Under the pieces are notes generated by a model, which was not told the DNA's origin, did not search any database, and was given only the letters and a program-made list of their open reading frames with translations. The position numbers and the translations under genes were made by a program. From the IMG/VR virus record IMGVR_UViG_3300035698_029839, positions 233,711 to 297,710 of that record: DNA of 64,000 nucleotides. One strand, 5' to 3'. Positions within the stretch are counted from its first letter, which is position 1. Each line of letters starts with the position of its first letter. This document shows positions 17,855 to 26,603 of the stretch, in pieces.

Positions 17855-17963
17855 AAACAGGTTGATTGGTTAAAAGTTATCGATAAGTTCGACTCTTATT
17901 CTCCCCTTCTTTCATGGGGAGAAATGGCCTGGGGCCACCTTTTCTCCTACCACACATCTGTTT
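17855..17963 (+). ncRNA. Y-RNA-like RNA 6
   Basis: AAACAGGTTGA..GTTATCG / CACATCTGTTT; T arm then closed acceptor TCTCCCC/GGGGAGA. Confidence 0.7.
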
Positions 17964-18041
17964 TTTATAAAAAAAGGAAATTCTAAGTATATGTCGAAAT
18001 AGTAAGTAGTAAGCTATTTAACAATTACTTAGGATTTCAAT

Positions 18042-18449
18042 ATGAACTATAAGACAGGAAAATATGCAAAGAAAAAATGTATTGGATGTGGATTAAAAAC
18101 ATTAAACATAAAATTTTGTAGTAATAAATGCCAGCAATTATATTTTTGGGAAAAAAGAAAAAAAGAGATAAAAAAAACAGGAGAGATCCCAGAAAGAAGA
18201 GTTGGTATACGATATCTTAAAGAGGTCAGGGGAGATAAATGTGAGATATGTGATCTTAAAGAATGGAATGGAAAAGATATTACTATGATCATGGATCATA
18301 TCGATGGAGACTCATTAAATAATAAAGATCTAAATCTTAGATTGATTTGTCCTAACTGTGACTCTCAGTTATCAACCTATAAAAATAGGAATAAAGGTAA
18401 TGGTAGACATTCAAGAAGAGTAAGATATGCAGAAGGTAAAAGTTATTAA
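18042..18449 (+). CDS. HNH endonuclease
   Basis: MDHIDG..NN...NLRLICPNCDS. Confidence 0.85.
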   Translation: MNYKTGKYAKKKCIGCGLKTLNIKFCSNKCQQLYFWEKRKKEIKKTGEIPERRVGIRYLKEVRGDKCEICDLKEWNGKDITMIMDHIDGDSLNNKDLNLRLICPNCDSQLSTYKNRNKGNGRHSRRVRYAEGKSY

Positions 18450-18450
18450 T

Positions 18451-18523
18451 GCTGGTGTAGCTCAATTGGCAGAGCGCCTCATTTGTAATGAGGATGTTGT
18501 GGGTTCGACTCCTATCACCAGCT
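18451..18523 (+). tRNA. tRNA-Thr(TGT)
   Basis: cloverleaf. Confidence 0.9.
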
Positions 18524-18528
18524 TTAAA

Positions 18529-18600
18529 GGTGCGATAGCTGAGGCGGTTTAGCGCGAGACTGAAAATCTTGAGACGGAGGTTCGAGTCCTCTTCGTACCA
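18529..18600 (+). tRNA. tRNA-Phe(GAA)
   Basis: cloverleaf. Confidence 0.9.
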
Positions 18601-18614
18601 CTTTGTAGCACTGA

Positions 18615-18687
18615 GGGCCTGTAGCTCAATTGGCAGAGCGCCAAGCTCATAACTTGTGGATTGTAGGTTCGAGTCCTTCCTGGCCCA
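18615..18687 (+). tRNA. tRNA with CAT anticodon, probably Ile2 (lysidine)
   Basis: GGGCCTGTAGCTCA start typical of Ile2. Confidence 0.75.
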
Positions 18688-18749
18688 TTAATAATTTTTT
18701 TTAGGAGAAAGATCATGAAACGTAAGAAAGAAAAATCTGGTAAAATGTA

Positions 18750-18824
18750 GGGTGTGAAGCTTATTCTGGTAAAGCACGCGACTTTTAATCGCGAGTCTTG
18801 GGAGTTCGAATCTCCCTACACCCA
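18750..18824 (+). tRNA. tRNA-Lys(TTT)
   Basis: cloverleaf. Confidence 0.9.
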
Positions 18825-18829
18825 TTAGT

Positions 18830-18903
18830 GCCTTTGAAGCTTATTTGGCAAAGCACCTGGTTCTTACCCAGGAGTCTTGAGCGTTCGAATCGCTCCAGAG
18901 GCA
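18830..18903 (+). tRNA. tRNA-Lys(CTT)
   Basis: cloverleaf. Confidence 0.85.
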
Positions 18904-18909
18904 TTTCCT

Positions 18910-18982
18910 GTCAGAGGTGATGTAATTGGCAGCATATCAGACTGTGAATCTGAGTGAGCGAGTTCAAATCTCGTCCTTTGAC
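18910..18982 (+). tRNA. tRNA-His(GTG)
   Basis: G-1:C73. Confidence 0.9.
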
Positions 18983-19068
18983 CTTTTAAAAGGATTTGAA
19001 AATAAATAAAGGATTCAGATCCCTATTTTAGAATATAAGGTATAAACTATTTTTTTTGGAGAATAGAA

Positions 19069-19398
19069 ATGCCTTATAAAAATAAAGAAGATCAGTTAGA
19101 ATGTCAGAGAAGGTACTATCGTAATCATAGAAAAACTATGATCGAAAGAACCAATAAAAGAGCCAAAGAAATACGAAAATGGTGGAAAGAGTATAAAAAA
19201 ACACAAAAATGTGAAAAATGTGGAGAAAATCACCCAGCTTGTATTTGTTTTCATCATAGAGATCCAGAAGAAAAAGATATAGATCTATCCACTGCCGTTA
19301 CTCATAATCATTGGGGAGAAAAGAGAATAAAAAAAGAGTTATTAAAATGTGATGTTATTTGTTCTAATTGTCATCTTAAAATTCATTGGAATGATTAA
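19069..19398 (+). CDS. HNH endonuclease
   Basis: CxxC, FHHRDP, CDVICSNCH. Confidence 0.85.
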   Translation: MPYKNKEDQLECQRRYYRNHRKTMIERTNKRAKEIRKWWKEYKKTQKCEKCGENHPACICFHHRDPEEKDIDLSTAVTHNHWGEKRIKKELLKCDVICSNCHLKIHWND

Positions 19399-19404
19399 TT
19401 TTTC

Positions 19405-19475
19405 GCTCGGGTGGTCTAATGGAATGATGACAGATTGCAAATCTGTAGGCGAGAGTTCGATTCTCTCCCTGAGCT
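19405..19475 (+). tRNA. tRNA-Cys(GCA)
   Basis: U73. Confidence 0.9.
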
Positions 19476-19900
19476 TTTCCAGACAAGTGGTTTTTTATTA
19501 TTATTAAGTATAAATATTAATTTTTGGTAAAAAGGATTAAAAGATGGTAAAATATGTATTAACTGAAGAACAAGAAAAGAAGTTAAACGATGCAGATCTT
19601 GGACAATGGAAGAAACTAAATAATAAGGGTCAACAAGCTATTAAACAGAGAATGGCGATTGCTGACAGAATTGGACTAAAATTATCTGAAATAAAAAGAA
19701 TAGATTTATGAAGAAATCAGATGAAGACAGTTGTAGTGGTTTTAAAAGAGGATGGACTTCTGATCATGAAGAGTGCATAACATGTAAGAAGAATAGTCCT
19801 GCCAGATATAAAAAGTGCATGCAAGCAGTTAAAAAGTCGTTAAAAGAGAACTTTAGCACCGATGAAGAGATAGAGAAGTGGAAAAAAAAGAAAGTGAGAA

Positions 19901-20164
19901 ATGAAGATGAAAAGCTATAAATCGATACCTGTCGAAGTAGAAGCAATTCAATTTTTCGATACTAAAGAAAGTTTTGATGAAACTAAAGAGATTTTTGGAG
20001 AAAGATTATCTTCTAGTCTCCGAAATTTTCCTAGAGCTTTTTTTAGAGTAGAAAATGGGAAAACTGTCCCTTTATATAATAATTCATGGATCGTGAAAAA
20101 AGATAATAAATTAGAGATTTTGGATGATGAAACATTTAAAAAAACATATGAAGAGAAAGGGTAA
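19901..20164 (+). CDS. hypothetical phage protein
   Basis: YK..PVEVEAIQF...FKKTYE motif. Confidence 0.7.
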   Translation: MKMKSYKSIPVEVEAIQFFDTKESFDETKEIFGERLSSSLRNFPRAFFRVENGKTVPLYNNSWIVKKDNKLEILDDETFKKTYEEKG

Positions 20165-20556
20165 AAAATGGTATTTTTTAAAAGGTATAAAATAAATGGG
20201 ATGTTATTGTTTTGGAACATTTGGTTATGGGCTATTCTTTTCATAACAGGATGTAGCACTGTCAAAACTCCTCCTTGGAGTGAGAATGAAGTTTCAAGAA
20301 TGTCTGAAGTAGGACAAAATAAAACAGTTCCTATAGTTTTAATAAAGGTAGATTGATGGATATATCTAAAATATTTTGTTTTTTAGGACTTCATGACTGG
20401 TATTATGGAAATTTCCAGACAGGAGAGATGTCAAAATGGACAGGAGATCATGTTGGAGTTAGAGGAAGATCCTGTGTAAATTGTAATAAAAACCAAATAA
20501 AGAAAAAGAAGAAATATGTAACTGTTGATAGTTTTGAAAAACAATCAAATGAATAA

Positions 20557-20588
20557 GCGGGTGTGGTATAATGGCAAAATGCAAGGTT
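20557..20588 (+). pseudogene. 5' half of a tRNA (Gly-like), truncated at the anticodon loop
   Basis: GCGGGTG-TG-GTAT-AATGGCA-AAAT-G-CAAGG-TT ends at the HNH stop codon. Confidence 0.65.
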
Positions 20589-21250
20589 TATATATTTAAA
20601 AATCCATGATCTAAATCCCAGTGATGATTGGGACAAAGAAACATTAAATTTTTAATATCATTAACAACTTTTAATTTTGTGTTTTTGTTAAATTGATTAA
20701 TAGCTTTAATATGACACAAATCTAATTTGTTATTATATGAACAAAGTGGACATTTATTTGGTTTAAGATTATAAAATTTTGCTATTTGATGAGCATGATT
20801 TCTGATGGATTGATATTTGTGTCTTGCATAGGTAGATGTAAAATCTTTAATATATTTCTCTCCATATTGTTCTATTCTGTTAAGAGTAAGACATTTTTGA
20901 CAATAATGGGTTTTTGATTGAGTTAGATTTTGACATCTTAAACATTTTCTTTTAGGGCGTTTTGGAAAAAGACTATTATTTGTTTTTGCAGCACAGGATC
21001 TAGAACAGTATTTAGGGTTTTTAGTTTTTGTTCCACAAGTAAAACAATTAATTATAGGTCTATTAGGAGCTTTTATTTTTATTATTTCTCCAAAACATTC
21101 TTTTAAAGCATTATTCCATGATCCGAATCTTTTGCTTACAGTCCATTTATCAAAAGATCCATATTTATTATAATCATTTAATGATGGAATTTTTTTTATT
21201 TTAATTTTAACTCTTTTAAGGTCTTCTATAAGTTTATTAGTTGTTATCAT
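20588..21250 (-). CDS. HNH homing endonuclease
   Basis: KRFGSWNNAL homing-endonuclease-associated repeat, LCHIK..NLMFLCPNHH. Confidence 0.85.
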   Translation of the reverse strand: MITTNKLIEDLKRVKIKIKKIPSLNDYNKYGSFDKWTVSKRFGSWNNALKECFGEIIKIKAPNRPIINCFTCGTKTKNPKYCSRSCAAKTNNSLFPKRPKRKCLRCQNLTQSKTHYCQKCLTLNRIEQYGEKYIKDFTSTYARHKYQSIRNHAHQIAKFYNLKPNKCPLCSYNNKLDLCHIKAINQFNKNTKLKVVNDIKNLMFLCPNHHWDLDHGFLNI

Positions 21251-21273
21251 TATTACTCCTATAGTTTATTTAT

Positions 21274-21346
21274 GGGAATGAAACTCAATTGGACGAGTCT
21301 CACACTTCCACTGTGGGTGTTGCGAGTTCGAATCTCGTCATTCCCT
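21274..21346 (+). tRNA. tRNA-Gly(TCC)
   Basis: divergent cloverleaf, U73. Confidence 0.8.
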
Positions 21347-21438
21347 TTACTTATATTTCGGCATAAATGATTTGAATTCCTTTATTTTTATGGAAAAATA
21401 ATAAATTCATTTTCGAAAATGGATAAAATAAATTTAAT

Positions 21439-21510
21439 GCGAAATTGGTGTTAATGATAGCACATATGCTTGCCGAGCATAAGGTAAGAGTTTGAATCTC
21501 TTATTTCGCT
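21439..21510 (+). tRNA. tRNA-Gly(GCC)
   Basis: cloverleaf, U73. Confidence 0.85.
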
Positions 21511-21515
21511 TTCAA

Positions 21516-21588
21516 GCCCCTGTACCAGAATTGGCATATGGACTGCGTTTAGACCGCAGGGATGGAGGTTCGAGTCCTCTCGGGGGCA
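21516..21588 (+). tRNA. tRNA-Leu(TAG), short variable arm
   Basis: CTGCG-TT TAG AC-CGCAG. Confidence 0.8.
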
Positions 21589-21649
21589 TTATTTCCAGAC
21601 AAGTGGTTTTTTAATATTATATGATGTTAACTATGTAAAAGAGGTAATC

Positions 21650-22030
21650 ATGAAACGTGTACTAACAATGGATGATATTAGAAAAGGGATGTATGTTACT
21701 GTTCTTCAAGGTAAGATAGAGCAGAAAGTAATCCCTACTCTTAATGGTCCTAGAATCGTTGATAAAGAAAATGATTATTGGAACGGAAAAATTTTAGAAG
21801 TTACTGCTGTTGATATGCCTTATATTGTAGTTAAACTCCATACAAACATGAGTTGTTCTACATATTCTCTTGATGTTAGGATTGTCCAGTTTATGCTTCT
21901 TTCTCCAGAATATATTAAAGCTTGTTGTCCTGATATAAAGATTTCTAAAGATCTTTTTTGGAAGGATATTAAAGATGATTCTATAAAGAATGTTAATACT
22001 ACTATTGAAGAGATTTTTAAGGATCTCTAA
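21650..22030 (+). CDS. hypothetical protein
   Basis: repeat promoter, GAGG RBS. Confidence 0.75.
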   Translation: MKRVLTMDDIRKGMYVTVLQGKIEQKVIPTLNGPRIVDKENDYWNGKILEVTAVDMPYIVVKLHTNMSCSTYSLDVRIVQFMLLSPEYIKACCPDIKISKDLFWKDIKDDSIKNVNTTIEEIFKDL

Positions 22031-22209
22031 CACTGATTTTATGGATATAGAATTACAACAATTAAAAGATGAATTAAGCGTGGTCTCTATGAGATTAGTT
22101 TATGTAACTGAAGATATTTCTATTAAAATGGCTGAAGGGGACAAATTAAATCAAAGAAAAATTGATTTAGTTGAAAAAATAATGAAATTAGAAGATTAAC
22201 AAAGATAAA

Positions 22210-22283
22210 GCACCTGTAGTCTAATTGGAGAGGCACTGCGCTTCTAACGCAGATACATGCGGGTTCGAGTCCTGCCAGGTGTA
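22210..22283 (+). tRNA. tRNA-Arg(TCT)
   Basis: cloverleaf. Confidence 0.9.
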
Positions 22284-22288
22284 ATCAA

Positions 22289-22363
22289 GCTCCCGAAGCT
22301 TAAATGGATAAGCATCTCTCTCCTAAAGAGAAGTTTTTGTAGGTTCGAGTCCTATCGGGAGTA
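22289..22363 (+). tRNA. tRNA-Arg(CCT)
   Basis: cloverleaf. Confidence 0.85.
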
Positions 22364-22368
22364 TTAAA

Positions 22369-22441
22369 GCCCCTATAGTATAATCGAATAGAACATCGGC
22401 CTACGAAGCCGAAGATGGGAGTTTGAGTCTTCCTAGGGGCA
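22369..22441 (+). tRNA. tRNA-Arg(ACG)
   Basis: cloverleaf. Confidence 0.85.
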
Positions 22442-23074
22442 TTATATTAGTTTTTTAATAATGTTTTTTATATCATTAAAAGCTTGTTTTAGTATTTTGT
22501 CATTAGATACTAAATCTGGAATAACTATTAAGTTGATGTTTTTGTTAGTTGCTATTTTAGTTTTTTTAGAGTCTATGTTTTGTATTTTATTTAATTTAGT
22601 TTGACCATAGATAGGTTTGAAATGAACTATACCATTCCATTCAATAGCCAATTTAAGACTAGGGATAGCAACATCTGTTTCTAATCCATTTAACATAATT
22701 TTATCGTTAGCTAAAATAGTTAAATTAGGAAATTCTTTTACAAGTAAATTGTAAAATTTAGTTTCTATTTTAGATCTACGAGATTTCCTTTTTAATTTGT
22801 TATTATAAGTGGCAGCGCAAGATTTAGAACAAAAAGATTTACCTGATTTAGATTTTTTTATTTCTGATGGAAGAGTTGTTATTTTTTTATTACAAGATCC
22901 ACAAAAGGTTTTTACGAGGTTTATTTGTTTTTTATGATTATTAAAGCATTTTCTATTGCAAAAAGTGTGTTTATATCTATAACTATATTTTCTTATATTG
23001 CGAGTATGATCAGCTAAAATTCTTTCAAATAATTTTTTACAGTAGTAACATTTTAATTTAATAACTTTTCGCAT
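22442..23074 (-). CDS. Zn-finger plus PD-(D/E)xK-type putative homing endonuclease
   Basis: CxxC/FCxxxC repeats; ETDVAIPSLKLAIEWNG.VH. Confidence 0.8.
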   Translation of the reverse strand: MRKVIKLKCYYCKKLFERILADHTRNIRKYSYRYKHTFCNRKCFNNHKKQINLVKTFCGSCNKKITTLPSEIKKSKSGKSFCSKSCAATYNNKLKRKSRRSKIETKFYNLLVKEFPNLTILANDKIMLNGLETDVAIPSLKLAIEWNGIVHFKPIYGQTKLNKIQNIDSKKTKIATNKNINLIVIPDLVSNDKILKQAFNDIKNIIKKLI

Positions 23075-23173
23075 AGTTTATATCCTGAATTTATTTTTCT
23101 TATTATTTATATATTCTATTAAAAAATCTTAAATCCTTTTTATTTTTTTTCGAGTCCTGAGTGGGACGTTAAT

Positions 23174-23245
23174 AGGTCGGTGGTGTAATGGCTAGCATAT
23201 TGGTCTCCAAAACCGAAGATTAGGGTTCGACTCCCTACCTTCCTG
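23174..23245 (+). tRNA. tRNA-Trp(CCA)
   Basis: G73. Confidence 0.85.
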
Positions 23246-23371
23246 TTTATTCCAGACAACTGGTTTTTCGTAATGATAGAATAAGAGTAGTTAAAAGAGG
23301 TAGTTTGACATTTCTTTCACTTTTTTATTTTTCTCTTGAAAGTGAAAGGGTGCTGCCATATAATAGATGAT

Positions 23372-23512
23372 GAGCAGTGGTAGAAATTGGTATGGCTACA
23401 ATAACATTAGGTAGTTGTATATATCTAGTGGTTGTGTAAGCATTTATATTGTGAACCCCCTTTTTTAAGGTCAGCGGGTCCAAACCGAAACAGGTTTAAG
23501 CCCTGTCTGCTC
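23372..23512 (+). ncRNA. tRNA-like RNA with large central insertion
   Basis: GAGCAG/CTGCTC, Leu-like D loop, ACAGG/CCTGT T stem; own TTGAAA-N17-TATAAT promoter. Confidence 0.45.
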
Positions 23513-23681
23513 TTTATAAGTTAAATAAGAAATGAGATAGTAGTTTGGTAAGCTAAAAATTAATGACACGGCTGAGGCAGGGCGACCCCCTACTACGTAG
23601 AGATCGACACTTACTTAGATTTATTTTTACCAGAATAAATTGAAAAAGTTAGTTTTTATCTATCTTATTTCTTTTTTATAT

Positions 23682-23754
23682 GCCCAGGTAGGCCAACGGC
23701 AGAGTCAACGGTCTTAAAAGCCGTAAAGTGGAGGTTCAAATCCTCTCCTGGGCA
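23682..23754 (+). tRNA. tRNA-Leu(TAA), short variable arm
   Basis: cloverleaf. Confidence 0.85.
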
Positions 23755-23784
23755 TTACGGTTTTTTAAATGTAAGGAGTAAGAA

Positions 23785-23997
23785 ATGTTAGTATTGAGTA
23801 GACAAAAAAATGAATCGATTATGATTAATGATGGAGATAGACTTATAGAGATCTGTATCGTTGATGTGCGTGGTGATAAGGTTCGACTTGGAATAACGGC
23901 TCCAAAAGATATCCCTGTTCATAGAAAAGAAATTTATGAAGCGATTCAAAGAGAAAAAGAAGAAGAACAGAATAAGGATATTTCAGATCCTCTTTAA
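23785..23997 (+). CDS. csrA: carbon storage regulator CsrA
   Basis: [34 protein letters not shown]. Confidence 0.95.
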   Translation: MLVLSRQKNESIMINDGDRLIEICIVDVRGDKVRLGITAPKDIPVHRKEIYEAIQREKEEEQNKDISDPL

Positions 23998-24003
23998 AGA
24001 TAA

Positions 24004-24076
24004 GCCCAGGTAGCCCAACGGCAGAGGCGGTAGACCCAAAATCTATTTAGTGAGAGTTCGAATCTCTCTCTGGGTA
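24004..24076 (+). tRNA. tRNA-Leu(CAA), short variable arm
   Basis: cloverleaf, C33. Confidence 0.8.
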
Positions 24077-24414
24077 TTTCCAGACAACTGGTTTTTAGAA
24101 AATATAGAATATGGTAAAAAAGAAAAAAGAAGCTAAAAAAGAAGAGCTAAGAGAACATATTCTCTCAGAACAAGAGATGTCGGAATTAGCTAAGGCTAAT
24201 GTCAAAAAAGATATGACAGATGGAGACATTTTCAAGATGGTTAGAAATCTTGAAATAGATGGAGTGGACCAAGGATTCAAATTAATCAATAGTTCAGAGT
24301 TCTATTGGGTATTAATGGAATCAAGAGACAAAATTCCAGACAAGTGATTTTTCTTAACATAGTGTTATTGTGTTGTAAAAATAATAATAGTATTTTGATG
24401 GAGGTCAAAAAACG

Positions 24415-26088
24415 ATGATTAAGACAGAGAAAAGAAATTTTGGTATGCATCCTAAGCTCTTGATGGATACCATTCAGAGACAAGCAGGAACACTCCAAAA
24501 AGCCAACCTTGAAGGTGTTATGAATGCTATTGAGGCAGGTAGTCCTGTAGTAAGAATCGAATTTGTAGTAAAGAATGGTATTGCAAGACTTTCCATCGGA
24601 GACGATGGGCGTGGTATTGAATCAAAAAAAGAGGTCGAAGATTTCTTCGAGACCTTTGGAACCCCTCACACTGAAAATGAAACGACTATATGGAAACAAT
24701 TCCGTATGGGTCGTGGCCAAATGTTTGCTTTTGGAAAAAATGTTTGGAGAACATCAACATTCAAAATGATTGTTGATATTAAAAAGCATGGTTTGGAATA
24801 TGAGTTACAAGAAAACCTGCCTTTTGTCAATGGTTGTCAAATCGACATTGAGCTTTATAAAAATCCTGTCGGTTATTCTCATAATAGTATTGAATCATAT
24901 AAAGAATGTATCATGGAACAGGTCAAATTCATGGAAGGTACAATTCTTTTTAATGGGGAGCAAATAAACACTCCTGCTTCTGAATGCTCCTGGGATTTTG
25001 AAGATAAGAATTCCTATTACCTGTTTAATATTGGTGCAGATTTCAAGATATATAATCTTGGAGCATTTGTTATGAAACCCTCTCCCACTGATATGGGAAT
25101 GATGGGCGTAGCTGTTTCCAAGAAACAGTTGAAAGTAAATTTTGCAAGAAATGATATTCAGCATGATTGTGTTACCTATAATGAAATGAAAGCTGTTATC
25201 AAAAAGAATCGTATCAAGAAAACACGGCAGAACAGAAGAAACCTTAATACTTGGGAAAGAATTGCTACCCTCAAAGATTTAAGGGATGGTGGGCAGGAAT
25301 TAAAAGACATACAAACCTTATCTCTTATTCCTACCGCACAAGGGAAATGTATTTCTCTCAATGCTATAAGAAAGTTAAAACAGCAATGGTGTTTTGCTCC
25401 GTTAGGAGACAGATATGCCGATAAGTTAATGGAGAGAGAACAGGCTGTTTGCCTTAACAAGGGAATACTTTCAGACCTTGGTTATACAGGAAAGAAATCT
25501 ATGTTCTTTGTTTGGCTCACAGGTAGTGAAAATGCGTATAGTTATGGTAACACCGAATGGGACGATATCGGAAAACTTTTTGTTGATTTCAAGAGATTGA
25601 GAGACGGAGTATCTGATTCTTATAATATTTTGCCGAATAAAAAATATACTCCCACTGAAAGAAGAATAATCAATGTTATACAAAAGATGAATTGTTGGAC
25701 AGGGAGACAGATATTACTTGGTTATTCTGATACTGCCTCTGCTTGGACAGATGGTTCTACATATATCTGTTTAGACCGTTCCTATCTCAAAGGTAAGAGT
25801 ATGAGTTGGGGTAGAGATATTGGTAGGGTATTATTAACTATGACTCACGAAATGGCTCATGATGAAGATTCAAGAAGAACCCATATTCATGGCCCTGAAT
25901 TTTATGAGAACATGGTGCAAATATTACAGTCTAACAATTCTCCTTTGGCTTATTGTGCTGATTTCAAATATGCTATGGAGAAAAGCAAAATAGAAGAGAA
26001 AAGAACTAAAGAATTAAATAAAATCAAAAAAGCAGAACAAAAAGTAGATGCTAAATTAGGTATTGCAGCAAAAGAAAAGAAAGCATAA
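24415..26088 (+). CDS. GHKL (HSP90/MORC-like) ATPase with C-terminal HExxH motif
   Basis: EGVMNAIEA, DDGRGI, FRMGRG; THEMAH near C-terminus. Confidence 0.8.
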   Translation: MIKTEKRNFGMHPKLLMDTIQRQAGTLQKANLEGVMNAIEAGSPVVRIEFVVKNGIARLSIGDDGRGIESKKEVEDFFETFGTPHTENETTIWKQFRMGRGQMFAFGKNVWRTSTFKMIVDIKKHGLEYELQENLPFVNGCQIDIELYKNPVGYSHNSIESYKECIMEQVKFMEGTILFNGEQINTPASECSWDFEDKNSYYLFNIGADFKIYNLGAFVMKPSPTDMGMMGVAVSKKQLKVNFARNDIQHDCVTYNEMKAVIKKNRIKKTRQNRRNLNTWERIATLKDLRDGGQELKDIQTLSLIPTAQGKCISLNAIRKLKQQWCFAPLGDRYADKLMEREQAVCLNKGILSDLGYTGKKSMFFVWLTGSENAYSYGNTEWDDIGKLFVDFKRLRDGVSDSYNILPNKKYTPTERRIINVIQKMNCWTGRQILLGYSDTASAWTDGSTYICLDRSYLKGKSMSWGRDIGRVLLTMTHEMAHDEDSRRTHIHGPEFYENMVQILQSNNSPLAYCADFKYAMEKSKIEEKRTKELNKIKKAEQKVDAKLGIAAKEKKA

Positions 26089-26207
26089 AGCACTGAATAG
26101 ACAAGAGTTATAAAAAGTTTCTTTATTTCTTATTTTTACTCTTGACAAAAAAGTGAAATTAAGTATAATAGTAACATTGAAAGTGATTTATATAGAAAGG
26201 GTTTGTT

Positions 26208-26495
26208 ATGTATCCAGTATTCGTCCTGTTGGGGCTATTAATATTAGCCATATGGTTAGTTGTTAAGTTGCTAAAAAGTGCAAAGTTTGACAAGTGGGTT
26301 AAAGACTTGTGTAGTGGGAAAGTTAACACCGAATCACCCAAAGATATTATCAAAGATATTACTAAAGATGAAGATGTTCTTGGGAAAAAGGTAGAGAAGA
26401 ATAAGGAAGTGGCTAAAAAGCTCACAGAAGAATCATCAGGTATTACAGATTTTCTTGGTAGAAAAGAAGAATCAACAGAGAAGGAGGGCAGTTGA
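26208..26495 (+). CDS. small membrane-anchored protein
   Basis: N-terminal TM; TTGACA/TATAAT promoter. Confidence 0.7.
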   Translation: MYPVFVLLGLLILAIWLVVKLLKSAKFDKWVKDLCSGKVNTESPKDIIKDITKDEDVLGKKVEKNKEVAKKLTEESSGITDFLGRKEESTEKEGS

Positions 26496-26603
26496 TGGTA
26501 TAGACTATGGAGGTTGTCTTACATGTGTATGGTAGTAAATGTTGTAGTAAACGTTGTAGTTAAACAAAAATGTTAATATTAAATTAAATTTGGAGCAAAG
26601 GTT

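Noticed and set aside
13383-17986. ORFs 13383-13574, 13966-14169, 17623-17853, 17696-17986
   Set aside because: They overlap tRNA/ncRNA genes; shadow ORFs.
23560-23612. Hammerhead or HDV-like (theta) ribozyme
   Set aside because: CTGANGA/GAAA core and nested pseudoknot could not be identified by eye.
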